A stretch of DNA of 64,000 bases from a virus: the IMG/VR virus record IMGVR_UViG_3300025769_000006. One strand, written 5' to 3'. Each line of letters starts with the position of its first letter. Position 1 is the stretch's first letter. The notes beneath the pieces are model-generated. The model saw only the letters and a program-made list of their open reading frames with translations. It was not told the origin of the DNA and did no database searches. Below, piece after piece: positions 1-9,500 of this stretch. The translations under genes were made by a program, and so were the position numbers.

Positions 1-15
1 TAGATATTGTAATTA

Positions 16-738
16 ATGGAAAAACAAATAGATCGCCGAGTGTGTATAGCAAACACACTATATGGAATACGATCTATGAATATTATAAATATTATTATGA
101 AAAACAGTTATCACAACGCAAATGAAGCATATGAAGCTTTGTTGAATGAAGTTGTAATTCACGGCGTAGACTTTGATAATACAAAAGCTTTATTTAATTG
201 TGGTTTTTATATTTTAGATCCACAAGACAATTATATATCAAACAAACAACGTAATTGGAGTTTAAAGTATGCAGAAGCAGAATGGCAATGGTATTTATCT
301 GGCGATCCAAATATTAATAAATTAGGCGAGCTATATGGTAAAATACCACCAATATGGAAACGTATGGCTGATGAGCATGGCAATGTTAATTCAAACTATG
401 GTTATCAGTGGAAACGTAAAGCTCAAATAGATTATGTTTGCGCTAAATTAAAGACAAACAAAAAAACAAGACACGCCGCAATATCTATTTACGATGGCAA
501 AGAATATGATAAATACAAAACAGATACTCCTTGCACTTATGCTATTCAATTTACAATTATAGGTAATCAACTGTGTATGTCTGTCTATATGCGTTCTAAT
601 GACATCTGGTACGGTTTCTGTAATGATCAGTATCAATTCTCATCATTGCAAAAAATGATTGCAGAGAGGCTGAATTTACAAATAGGTTGGTATTATCACC
701 ACGCGCATAATATGCACCTATATAACGACAAACTATAA
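16..738 (+). CDS. ThyA-fold pyrimidine-nucleotide hydroxymethylase/methylase; motif pattern closest to T4 gp42 dCMP hydroxymethylase
   Basis: Motifs EAEWQWY and VNSNYGYQW, the catalytic Cys context DTPCTYAIQF, and MRSNDIWYGFCNDQYQF, which aligns with the thymidylate synthase RS-D---G---N segment. Asp replaces Asn at the base-specificity position. The real start may be an internal Met (97). Confidence 0.75.
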   Translation: MEKQIDRRVCIANTLYGIRSMNIINIIMKNSYHNANEAYEALLNEVVIHGVDFDNTKALFNCGFYILDPQDNYISNKQRNWSLKYAEAEWQWYLSGDPNINKLGELYGKIPPIWKRMADEHGNVNSNYGYQWKRKAQIDYVCAKLKTNKKTRHAAISIYDGKEYDKYKTDTPCTYAIQFTIIGNQLCMSVYMRSNDIWYGFCNDQYQFSSLQKMIAERLNLQIGWYYHHAHNMHLYNDKL

Positions 739-742
739 ATTT

Positions 743-1516
743 ATGTATTATATTTATCATATTCCGGGTAAAAAGATAGGCGTTACACGTAATCTTAACA
801 CTAGAGTTACCCTTATACAAGGCTATAAGGAGGGTGAGTATGAAGTTCTTGAACGGTCAGAAGATATAGATTATATATCAGACCGTGAAATAGAACTTCA
901 AAAGTCTTATGGCTATAAAACTGATCTTCACAAATACAATAAACTAAAACCTTTATTAAATAAAATGAAAATAAATTCTACAGAACAAACATCAACTTTT
1001 CCTTGTCCATTAAATAAATTAAAAGGTAGATTAATGGATAATATTGGTTTAAAATGGAAAACAACACACGGAGACTTTAATATAACAAAACAAACTATTA
1101 ACTGGATAGTAGCAAATGCTAAAGCATCTATGTTTGATAATGAAAGATGTTTTATTTATAATAAAGCTTTTTATGAATGTTTTTTAAATCCAGATCATAA
1201 TCCCTCAGGTGATCCTGAAATATCAAGATTTAATTTAATAAGAGAATGGGCTGACAGTAGAGGCATAACTAGCAAAGGTAACTCACATACTCAGTACGTT
1301 AAACTAATGGAAGAAGCTGGCGAACTAGCAGAAGCAATATTAAAAAAAGATAGAAAAGAAATATACGACGCAATAGGCGATATGATAGTTGTATTAACAA
1401 ATCTAGCTACATTAGAAGATATGAAAATTGAAGACTGTATAGATTATGCTTACAATGAGATATCTAAAAGAAAAGGTAAAATGATTAATGGAACATTTGT
1501 AAAAAATACATTATAA
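743..1516 (+). CDS. Fusion-like protein: GIY-YIG-like N-terminus plus MazG-like (all-alpha) NTP pyrophosphohydrolase C-terminus
   Basis: N-terminus YYIYHIPGKKIGVTRNLNTR...REIELQ resembles the GIY-x10-YIG-x-NL-x2-R...E pattern. C-terminus LMEEAGELAEAILKKDRKEIYDAIGDMIVVL is the MazG EEXXE...D signature. Confidence 0.6.
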   Translation: MYYIYHIPGKKIGVTRNLNTRVTLIQGYKEGEYEVLERSEDIDYISDREIELQKSYGYKTDLHKYNKLKPLLNKMKINSTEQTSTFPCPLNKLKGRLMDNIGLKWKTTHGDFNITKQTINWIVANAKASMFDNERCFIYNKAFYECFLNPDHNPSGDPEISRFNLIREWADSRGITSKGNSHTQYVKLMEEAGELAEAILKKDRKEIYDAIGDMIVVLTNLATLEDMKIEDCIDYAYNEISKRKGKMINGTFVKNTL

Positions 1517-1830
1517 TGAAGATAAACACTAAAGATGAAATAGTATTATCAGTACTAAAAAAAATGGATCAACGTAGTATTATTGGTCAACAAAAATACG
1601 GAGCTACAATGATGCAAGAAATCGAAGGTCAAGAAAAAGATCTTAATCGTTTCTTGGTTGATGTGCAAGAAGAGTTAATGGATGCTTTATTGTATATTGA
1701 AGCTGCGAAACGTTGTTTACAAGATGAGATTGAAGAGTGTATGATTAATAGAATAAACGTTGTAGGTCAAAATGGTAACGATGGTTTACACTATCATGAT
1801 ATAGAAATAAATGAAGCGGAGACCTTATAA
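1516..1830 (+). CDS. Small helical protein, tentatively a MazG-like/dNTP pyrophosphohydrolase-like domain
   Basis: QKYGATMM...FLVDVQEELMDALLYIEAAK has the acidic-helix pattern of small phage NTP-PPase domains. Start overlaps the upstream stop (ATAATG). Confidence 0.35.
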   Translation: MKINTKDEIVLSVLKKMDQRSIIGQQKYGATMMQEIEGQEKDLNRFLVDVQEELMDALLYIEAAKRCLQDEIEECMINRINVVGQNGNDGLHYHDIEINEAETL

Positions 1831-2269
1831 ACGAAAGAAAAAACGCGGACCTGTACAGTCAAAAAAAGTGTCGTATGATGGTATTAATTTTGCTTCAGGC
1901 CTTGAGCGTTACATGTACATGGCTTTAAAGAAAAATAAAATTAAAGCTAAATACGAAGGAGAGACTTTTGTTTTATTAGCAGGTTTTCATTTTGAAAACG
2001 AGGTTTATGAAAGATGTAGTAATGGTAAGGGTGATTATAAAAACAGAGGTTGTAAACGTATATTACCTATTAAATACACTCCTGATTTCATTGGTGATGA
2101 TTTTATAATAGAAACAAAAGGTAGAGCTAATGAGTCCTTTCCAATGCGTTGGAAATTATTTAAAAGACTTGTTATGAATCAGTTTCCTAATTACACATTA
2201 TATAAACCACAAAATCAAAAAGAATGCGACGAAACAATAAGCATAATCCTTTCGAAGCGAAAAGGATAG
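1811..2269 (+). CDS. PD-(D/E)XK nuclease (DUF1064 / T7 endonuclease I-like junction resolvase candidate)
   Basis: Basic N-terminus, FASGLERYMYMAL, then YTPDF...IIETKG, which is the D...E-x-K core. Confidence 0.5.
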   Translation: MKRRPYKRKKKRGPVQSKKVSYDGINFASGLERYMYMALKKNKIKAKYEGETFVLLAGFHFENEVYERCSNGKGDYKNRGCKRILPIKYTPDFIGDDFIIETKGRANESFPMRWKLFKRLVMNQFPNYTLYKPQNQKECDETISIILSKRKG

Positions 2270-2397
2270 CTAGACAAAAATATGCTGAGCGTCAAATTGA
2301 GAAATGGTGTAATTGGAGTTGGGAGATGCGAGGTAAAATAAAATACAAAGAACTAGTAGAATTACAAAAAGAATATAAAATTAAAGTATATGGATAA
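2224..2397 (+). CDS. Small hypothetical protein (57 aa; below the ORF-track cutoff)
   Basis: Hand translation gives MRRNNKHNPFEAKRIARQKYAERQIEKWCNWSWEMRGKIKYKELVELQKEYKIKVYG. It fills an otherwise non-coding gap on the coding strand. Confidence 0.3.
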   Translation: MRRNNKHNPFEAKRIARQKYAERQIEKWCNWSWEMRGKIKYKELVELQKEYKIKVYG

Positions 2398-2539
2398 TAA
2401 TAATAATATTTCTTGGTCTTTAGAAGTTGGCTTTTACCCAGGCATTCTATTTGGATTAAGAACTTATGATGAAGAAGAAAGAGTTTCATGGGTTTTATAT
2501 ATACCTTTTATTGATTTATGTTTAACAATTTATAAGTAA
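2390..2539 (+). CDS. Small hypothetical protein (49 aa)
   Basis: Hand translation gives MDNNNNISWSLEVGFYPGILFGLRTYDEEERVSWVLYIPFIDLCLTIYK. Its stop overlaps the nrdB start as TAATG. Confidence 0.3.
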   Translation: MDNNNNISWSLEVGFYPGILFGLRTYDEEERVSWVLYIPFIDLCLTIYK

Positions 2540-3507
2540 TGGGTTTATTTGATGAGCGCGTAGCGTATAAACCATTTGAATACCCTGAATATTATACAGA
2601 GGGTTGGTTAAAGCAAGCACAAGCATTTTGGTTACATACTGAAATCTCAATGCAAAGTGATATTAAAGATTGGAAAGAGAAATTAAATGAAAAAGAGAAA
2701 AACTTGGTTGGAAACATACTACTCGGCTTCGCACAAACTGAATGTGCGGTGTCGGATTATTGGACGCAGAAGGTTGTCGGGTGGTTTCCTAAACACGAAA
2801 TACAACAGATGGCAATGATGTTTGGATCTCAAGAAACAGTTCACGCTGTTGCTTATAGTTATTTAAACGAAACACTAGGATTAGAAGATTATGAAGCATT
2901 TTTACACGAACCAGCAACGGCTGCTAGATTTGATAATTTGGTTGCTTACGACGGTAATAATCCTGTTGGTATTGCGAAAAGCTTGGCTGTATTTTCAGCC
3001 TTCGCTGAAGGAGTTAGTTTGTATAGTGCTTTTGCAGTGCTTTATAGTTTTCAGCTTCGAAATTTACTTAAAGGTATCGGGCAACAAATGAAGTGGTCTG
3101 TAAGAGATGAGTCTTTACACAGTAAAATGGGCTGTAAACTTTTTCGAGATATGTGCAATGAAAACGATCAATTACTGCATTTATGTCGAGAAGATATAAT
3201 AAAAGCTGCAGAAAACATGGTATCACTTGAAACTAAATACATTAGAAAAATGTTTGAAGCTGGAGATATAGATGGTATAAAAGCAAATGATTTAATACAT
3301 TTTATAAAAAAGAGAGCAAATGAAAAACTGGTTGAACTTGGTTACATTGATCTTGGCTCGTACTTCGCGTATGACAAAGATGCAGCGTCTAATCTTGATT
3401 GGTTCTATCATCTTACCGGCGGGGTCACTCATACTGATTTTTTCGCAATACGGCCGACGGATTATTCGAAGGCTAACGAAGGCGAAGACTTTGACGACAT
3501 TTGGTAA
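2539..3507 (+). CDS. nrdB: Ribonucleotide reductase class I beta (R2) subunit
   Basis: Ferritin-like di-iron motifs: SQETVHAVAYSY, FAEGVSLYSAFA and VRDESLHS. Length 322 aa and adjacent to the alpha subunit. Confidence 0.95.
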   Translation: MGLFDERVAYKPFEYPEYYTEGWLKQAQAFWLHTEISMQSDIKDWKEKLNEKEKNLVGNILLGFAQTECAVSDYWTQKVVGWFPKHEIQQMAMMFGSQETVHAVAYSYLNETLGLEDYEAFLHEPATAARFDNLVAYDGNNPVGIAKSLAVFSAFAEGVSLYSAFAVLYSFQLRNLLKGIGQQMKWSVRDESLHSKMGCKLFRDMCNENDQLLHLCREDIIKAAENMVSLETKYIRKMFEAGDIDGIKANDLIHFIKKRANEKLVELGYIDLGSYFAYDKDAASNLDWFYHLTGGVTHTDFFAIRPTDYSKANEGEDFDDIW

Positions 3508-3542
3508 TATAGTAACTGAACAAGAAATATACGAAGAGCTTT

Positions 3543-3773
3543 ATGAAAGAAAGTAAGTTAATAGAAATGAAAAACAAAATAGATGCTCAAAGTAGAATAA
3601 TGCAGCATCTATTAAATGAATTAAGTAACATAAGGGATCTTGCTATAGGTACTTTAGAAACATTAAAATTAATACCTGGATATGATGATGCAATTGAAAA
3701 AATTAAAAAGGATATTACTGAGAAATCTAGTAAGACAAAAAAGACTGAGTCCTTGGAAAAGATTAGCAACTAG
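3543..3773 (+). CDS. Hypothetical coiled-coil protein
   Basis: 76-aa ORF between nrdB and nrdA on the coding strand, charged and helical. Confidence 0.45.
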   Translation: MKESKLIEMKNKIDAQSRIMQHLLNELSNIRDLAIGTLETLKLIPGYDDAIEKIKKDITEKSSKTKKTESLEKISN

Positions 3774-3783
3774 ATCTGGTTAT

Positions 3784-3951
3784 ATGGGCAGTGGTTTTTT
3801 AATAGCTGCTCAATGGACTATAGAGCCTAAACTTTATATAGTTGGCTTTATATTAGTAATGATACAAACAGCTTCAAGAAAACAATGGAATCTTGTAGCA
3901 TTAAACATGAATGGATTAATAGCATGGATAAAACACTTAACAATTATATAA
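3784..3951 (+). CDS. Small membrane protein (internal-Met version of the 3682..3951 ORF)
   Basis: MGSGFLIAAQWTIEPKLYIVGFILVMIQTASRKQWNLVALNMNGLIAWIKHL contains two hydrophobic segments. The start follows the stop of the previous ORF. Confidence 0.4.
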   Translation: MGSGFLIAAQWTIEPKLYIVGFILVMIQTASRKQWNLVALNMNGLIAWIKHLTII

Positions 3952-5673
3952 ATGTGGAATAATGAATGGAAAAAAGGAGAAGACTATCCAAGGTGGGGAG
4001 ACACGGATGTTTACAAAAAAACTATCTCAGGAGGATATTTACTTGCTGGAGAATCTCCTAAGCAAGCGTATGAAAGAGTATCAAAAACGGTCGCAAGAAG
4101 GTTATACAAACCGGAAATGGCAGAAAGATTCTTTGAATATATTTGGAATGGTTGGCTTTGCCTTGCTAGTCCTGTTCTTAGTAACACTGGGACTGATAGA
4201 GGTCTTCCTATAAGTTGTTTTGGTATAGACGTCGCGGACAGCATACAAGATATAGGGCATAAAAATTTAGAGATGATGCTACTCGCTAAGCACGGCGGTG
4301 GAGTTGGCATTGGCATTAACATGATTAGACCCGCCGGCGCTAAAATAACAGGGAATGGAACATCAGATGGAGTCGTACCCTTCTGCAAAATATATGACTC
4401 AACAATTCTTGCAACTAATCAAGGATCTGTCAGACGAGGAGCTGCTTCAGTTAACATTAACATTGAGCACGACGATTTTGAAGAATGGCTTGAAATTAGA
4501 GAGCCAAAGGGAGACGTTAACAGACAGTCGCTTAATCTACATCAATGCGCAGTTGTTGGTGACAAGTTTATGCGTAAGCTTGAACAAGGAGATACGGACG
4601 CTAGAAATAGATGGAGTAAATTACTTAGAAAAAGAAAAGCAACTGGAGAACCGTATATATTATTTAAAGGAAACACTAACAAAAGAAATCCAAAAGCATA
4701 TAAAGAAAACGGTTTAAAAGTACATATGACAAATATATGTTCTGAGATCACGTTGCACACTGATGAAAACCATAGTTTTGTTTGCTGTTTATCATCATTA
4801 AATTTAGCTAAATATGAAGAATGGAAAGGTACAAATCTTATATACGACGCCACTTGGTTTCTTGATGGCGTTATGGAGGAATTTATTCAAAGAGCAAAAG
4901 GACTTAGAGGTTTTGAAAACGCGGTTCGTAGTGCTACAAAAGGAAGAGCACTCGGGTTGGGTGTACTCGGATGGCACACGTATCTCCAAGAAAACGGAGT
5001 ACCTTTTGAAGGTCTACTTGCTCAGTTTGAAACTAGGAAAATATTTTCGCAAATTAAAATTGAAAGTGAAAGAGCTTCCAGGGATCTTGCTGAAATTTAT
5101 GGCGAGCCTTTGTGGTGTGTTGGTACTGGTGTGCGCAATACTCACCTTCGCGCTATTGCTCCCACTGTATCTAATAGTAAGCTTTCGGGCAATGTATCTC
5201 CGGGTATTGAGCCGTGGGCGGCAAACGTATTTACAGAGCAATCTGCTAAAGGAACGTTTATAAGAAAAAATCCTACATTATTAAAACTATTAAGAAAACT
5301 TAAAATAAATAACAATGAAACTTGGGACAAAATTTTGGCAGATGGTGGTAGTGTTCAAGGTTTATCTGAGCTTGACGGGATTGTGGTTGGGCCTCATGAT
5401 ATACCGGCTAAAGAAGTATTTAAAACTTTCAAGGAAATAAATCAGTTAGAGTTGGTTAATCAAGCTGGTATACGTCAGCAATATATAGATCAATCTGTTA
5501 GTTTAAATCTAGCTTTTCCTAGTGTTGCTAAACCTAAATGGATTAATCAAGTTCATATGCAGGCTTGGAAAAATGGTATTAAAACCTTATATTACACAAG
5601 GACAGAGTCAGTGCTAAGAGGAGATATAGCACAACAAGCAATGAGCGAAGATTGTTTGGCTTGTGATGGCTAA
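3952..5673 (+). CDS. nrdA: Ribonucleotide reductase class I alpha (R1) subunit, short form without an ATP-cone
   Basis: LPISCFG, NICSEITL, CCLSSLNL and GLGVLGWH active-site motifs, plus the C-terminal Cys pair CLACDG. Confidence 0.95.
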   Translation: MWNNEWKKGEDYPRWGDTDVYKKTISGGYLLAGESPKQAYERVSKTVARRLYKPEMAERFFEYIWNGWLCLASPVLSNTGTDRGLPISCFGIDVADSIQDIGHKNLEMMLLAKHGGGVGIGINMIRPAGAKITGNGTSDGVVPFCKIYDSTILATNQGSVRRGAASVNINIEHDDFEEWLEIREPKGDVNRQSLNLHQCAVVGDKFMRKLEQGDTDARNRWSKLLRKRKATGEPYILFKGNTNKRNPKAYKENGLKVHMTNICSEITLHTDENHSFVCCLSSLNLAKYEEWKGTNLIYDATWFLDGVMEEFIQRAKGLRGFENAVRSATKGRALGLGVLGWHTYLQENGVPFEGLLAQFETRKIFSQIKIESERASRDLAEIYGEPLWCVGTGVRNTHLRAIAPTVSNSKLSGNVSPGIEPWAANVFTEQSAKGTFIRKNPTLLKLLRKLKINNNETWDKILADGGSVQGLSELDGIVVGPHDIPAKEVFKTFKEINQLELVNQAGIRQQYIDQSVSLNLAFPSVAKPKWINQVHMQAWKNGIKTLYYTRTESVLRGDIAQQAMSEDCLACDG

Positions 5674-5746
5674 AGGCTAAAAGTTATGACTTTTTTATAC
5701 ATACAATAACTAATGTGTATAAAAAATTGAATAATCTATACATATT

Positions 5747-5780
5747 AAAAAAGGGGACCTCATTTGAGATCCCCTTTCTT
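5747..5780. terminator. Bidirectional intrinsic terminator between convergent modules
   Basis: AAAAGGGGACCTC-ATTT-GAGATCCCCTTT: about a 12-bp stem with one mismatch, an A-run upstream and a T-run downstream. It lies between the nrdA stop (+) and the 5816 stop (-). Confidence 0.7.
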
Positions 5781-5815
5781 GGTTACAGGAACTTTTGGGT
5801 ATGGTACGCCCATTT

Positions 5816-6052
5816 TTATTTTGTTCCTTTTTTTCTACCTTTTCTAGTTTTACCAGCTAAAGCATCATCAATGTCTCCTATTTGATTTCCAACTTCTTTA
5901 ATAGCATCTGCAACATCTTTTAACTCTTGAGTAGTTAACTTGTATCTTCTCTTTATTTCTTTTAAAGTTGCTATAGCTTTTTCATCTATGCTTGTTTTAC
6001 TCCAAAGTAAATTCCAAACATCTATCCAGTATTGTTTTGTTAATTTCCACAT
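5816..6052 (-). CDS. Hypothetical protein, last gene of the lysis-proximal cassette
   Basis: 78-aa ORF with a Trp-rich N-terminus and a basic tail (GKTRKGRKKGTK). Its start is coupled to the upstream stop (TAATATG). Confidence 0.5.
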   Translation of the reverse strand: MWKLTKQYWIDVWNLLWSKTSIDEKAIATLKEIKRRYKLTTQELKDVADAIKEVGNQIGDIDDALAGKTRKGRKKGTK

Positions 6053-6053
6053 A

Positions 6054-6209
6054 TTATTTATTTTTTTTTAGTTTAATCCATTTATCTAGAGTGTAACCTA
6101 TTGTTACCAATAATAATATTATCTTTAAACCCATTTCAATATTTGTAAAGGTTGTAACACCTAAGGTTGAAGCATTTATAACGTAAAGTTTTATTTGTTG
6201 AAAATCCAT
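6054..6209 (-). CDS. Small single-pass membrane protein (holin/lysis accessory candidate)
   Basis: Hand translation gives MDFQQIKLYVINASTLGVTTFTNIEMGLKIILLLVTIGYTLDKWIKLKKNK. It has a TM segment and a basic tail and lies directly downstream of the endolysin. Confidence 0.4.
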   Translation of the reverse strand: MDFQQIKLYVINASTLGVTTFTNIEMGLKIILLLVTIGYTLDKWIKLKKNK

Positions 6210-6217
6210 TTTTTATT

Positions 6218-6574
6218 TTAATAATAAGTCCAAATTAAGTTTTGTGATTTGTTTTCGTCTATGTCTACGTGTATAAAACTACTACCTACACCTATTCTTT
6301 TAAATCCAACCTCAATAAAAGCATTTACCATGTCAAATCTATCTTTAGATGTTTTACAGCTTATGTCTGCAGCGATGCCTAGCATATGAGAAGAGTTTTT
6401 AACCCCACCAATCTTAACATTATGTTCTTTTGTTCTATAACCCGAATTCACGCGCATGGGTCTACCGTATATTTCTCTTGCTTTATCTAACATTTCTAAG
6501 AAACATTGATCCATTATCTTACCACTACCTGGCAAACCTGGACAATCAAATTCTTCTATTTTAAAGTGTTTCAT
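6218..6574 (-). CDS. Peptidase M15 family (zinc D-Ala-D-Ala carboxypeptidase-like) endolysin
   Basis: SGYRTKEHNVKIGGVKNSSHMLGIAADI ... FIHVD supplies the H-x6-D and distal His zinc ligands. Confidence 0.85.
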   Translation of the reverse strand: MKHFKIEEFDCPGLPGSGKIMDQCFLEMLDKAREIYGRPMRVNSGYRTKEHNVKIGGVKNSSHMLGIAADISCKTSKDRFDMVNAFIEVGFKRIGVGSSFIHVDIDENKSQNLIWTYY

Positions 6575-6578
6575 ATTT

Positions 6579-9500
6579 TTATAAATTTATATCTATATCT
6601 AAGTTTAAATCTATATTTAAGTCATTTAATTCTCCACCAAAATCTAAACCAAAAGGATTGTTTATATTGTTGTTATTTTGGTATTGATCTTCGTCTAAAT
6701 CTAAATTCCATTTACTATAACCAAAGAAGAAAGCAATTCTTTGCCATGTTTCATATTGACTATCTAACACGGCTGCTGCATTTTCTGCTTTTATCATTAG
6801 CCTATCAAGCGGTATATTTAAAGTTGCAGATGTTAAAGTTGTAAGAGCCTCTAAAGCGTAAGGATTTTTTATTGGATCCCAACCCCAATAATCAAAGTAT
6901 TCTGACTTATAACTATAAGACTGATAAGCTTTAGCTAATTTTCTAGCCTTAATACCTATAGGTGCAGAAACATTTAAAGCTTCTATAACTAGTTGATATT
7001 CTTTTCCTCTACCACGTCTTGGTCCTTGACTAAGCTCGTAAGCTTTTAGCGAAACATTTTTGACAGCAGCAATATAAGCTCCATACAAACCAGCTCCTCT
7101 TATTAAAGTATCTAGCATACTATTGGCAGCTCTAGTTTTACTTTGCGTATAATCTACATATCTTTCATCATCATCGTCCCACATTCTAAATAAAGCGTTT
7201 TGCAAGAAATTAAATATAAAATTTTGAATAGCCGCATAATAAACTATTTTAGAAACATTACCAGTAAAACTACCTCTATTTTTTGCAATATTTAAAGCTG
7301 CAGTTTTTATTATTCTAGCGTATTGTAGTGGTGTGTTTTGAAATGCCAAAAGCAATCTACCTTTAACAGATGCTTGGTTTTGAGAGATTTTAGATGGATC
7401 TGCTGACTGTTGACTTATTTCAGCTGTTTCGTAAAACTCTAACATAGCTCTTTTTTCGGCTTCTGCTCTATCAACTCCTTTTTTAACTAAATCATTTATT
7501 CTATTTCTATAAAAAGTAGTTCCACCTAATGTTATTGCTAAGCTATCAGCGGCTCTTGTTGGTATAAAACCTTTTTTAAGAGCCCAAAATATTAAACCTT
7601 TTGTTTTTTGTGCCCATGTTTTATTATTAGGACTATTCAAAACATCTACAAACTCCGCTTCTTGTAAATCACTTAATAAACCAGATCTTCTATCTTTTAA
7701 ATAAGGAGAGTTCCAAAGTGTTTTAAAATCTTTAACCATTTGTGGAACATTTAATATAGCTTTACCAGCAGCTAAAGGATTATTAAATGTCATATTAATA
7801 AAGTTTGTAGCTGATATTGTTTGCAGTAAAGCAGATCTCATGTTGAAAAACATAGTAACACCTACAGAACCATTAAGCCAGTCAACCCAACCTCTAGTTG
7901 CTTTATCTAAACCTTTAGGTTTGTTTGTACCGGTTTGCATTCTACCTAAAACATCTGTTAGAGCATCAACATAAGGAGTACCATAAGCGGCTTGTAATTT
8001 AGCCATTGTTTCTTTGTTAAATATCAAATCAACATTTTGCTTCCATCTTTGTAAATATTTAGCTCTATTTAGTTTAGTTAATATAGATTGAACGTCTGAA
8101 AGTATGTTACCATCAACCCATTGTTGAGGTGGTTCTATATATCCATTAGGTTGTTTAGCTAATAATGATATTTGTTGAGCTAATTTTCTTAACTTTGGAT
8201 TTGTTCGAACTACTTCAGATAAATTAAATATATCTTTAGATTCTAAATCTGGTATTTGATATCCAGCTTTTTTCCATAAATAAACTCTTATAGCTTGATC
8301 GTTACTAAAACCAGAATAACTAGAATCTTCTCTTAGTAGTTTTTTTGTTTGCTTATCAAATAAGTTTTTCCAATCTCTATGTGCTGAGTTTCTAGCATTT
8401 ATTAAATCTAAGTTGCCTTCTGAATAAGGTTTTATTATATTTTCTGTTACCCAATCTACTTGTTGCTCTCCTTTTTTACCTCTACCTGAAGCAACCATAA
8501 GCATTAAACCTAAAAAATCAGAATCTGCAGGTGGTAAATATATTTTTTTAGAAATATTCTTAGCCATCTGCTCTGCTCTTGCTTTAGAAAAAGTTTCTTC
8601 TACAGCAATGCCAGTATTTTCTTCAATTATTTGATTAAACGCTGTATTTAAATTATTACTATAATTTTTATTATTTTCTAAAGAAAATTTAGTAACATCT
8701 AAAACGCCTTTTGTTATTTTACCTTTTTTATTGTTAGCGTTTTTAAATTCAAATTCATTATATCCTTGAGATATTTTATCTATTAAATAATAAGAAACTG
8801 CTTTATCGTTCATCTTACCTAAGTCAGGAACTTTAAATTTGTTTCTTTTTTGGCTAAACTTAGAAACTTGTCTAGATGCTTGATCCATTATTCTAGCTGT
8901 AAAAAACTGCTGATTAGGATCATTAGAATATGTAAGATAAGAATTTAGCTTAGCATTGTTTCTAGTTCCATTGCTCATGCTAAATTTAACTTTATCAGAT
9001 TTTCCTTTAGCAAAGTTGTTTATTACCTTGTTTCTTGTATTTATATTTTGTAAATCGTTGTATAAGTTTACATTTCTTTTAGATATTTCATTTAAGAAAG
9101 CATCGTTTCTTAAAGAGTTTCTAGCTTCTTGAAGAACTAAAACATCTCCAAATAATTCCATTAAAGCTGTTCTTCTATCAAAATAAGCTGTAGCCCAAAG
9201 TTTATTGCCTGTTCTACTTAATTCAACTGGTAGTAATTTTTTTAATAAAACGTTAGGATTTTTACTATAAGTTCTTATTATTCTAGTTGCTTCATCTACA
9301 CCAAAATAACTCTGTAAAAAAGTAACAACATTTATATCTTTTGTTTTCTGCGGCCTACCTTGATCATCTGTGGTTTTTAATCTTGGTGGAACTTTCTTTA
9401 TAGCATAGGTGGACTCACCGGTGACTGGATCAATTGGATTGTTTATGACTTCCCATATAGTTTTCCAGTTGTTAAACATAAATGAATCTAGATCTGTGCT

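Noticed and set aside
448-820. ORF-track entries 448..636(-) and 596..820(-). Many similar opposite-strand or out-of-frame ORFs are in the same category, for example 4011..4388(-), 4355..4717(+), 4814..5263(+), 10156..10368(+), 12325..12576(+), 17128..17421(-), 32763..33278(-), 46361..46663(+), 47115..47345(+), 48091..48309(+), 58802..59041(-) and 63380..63703(+).
   Set aside because: They lie entirely inside much longer ORFs that have recognisable protein motifs. Their products are low-complexity or Leu/Ile/Phe/Ser-rich, typical of shadow frames in AT-rich DNA. They would also break the strict strand polarity of each module.
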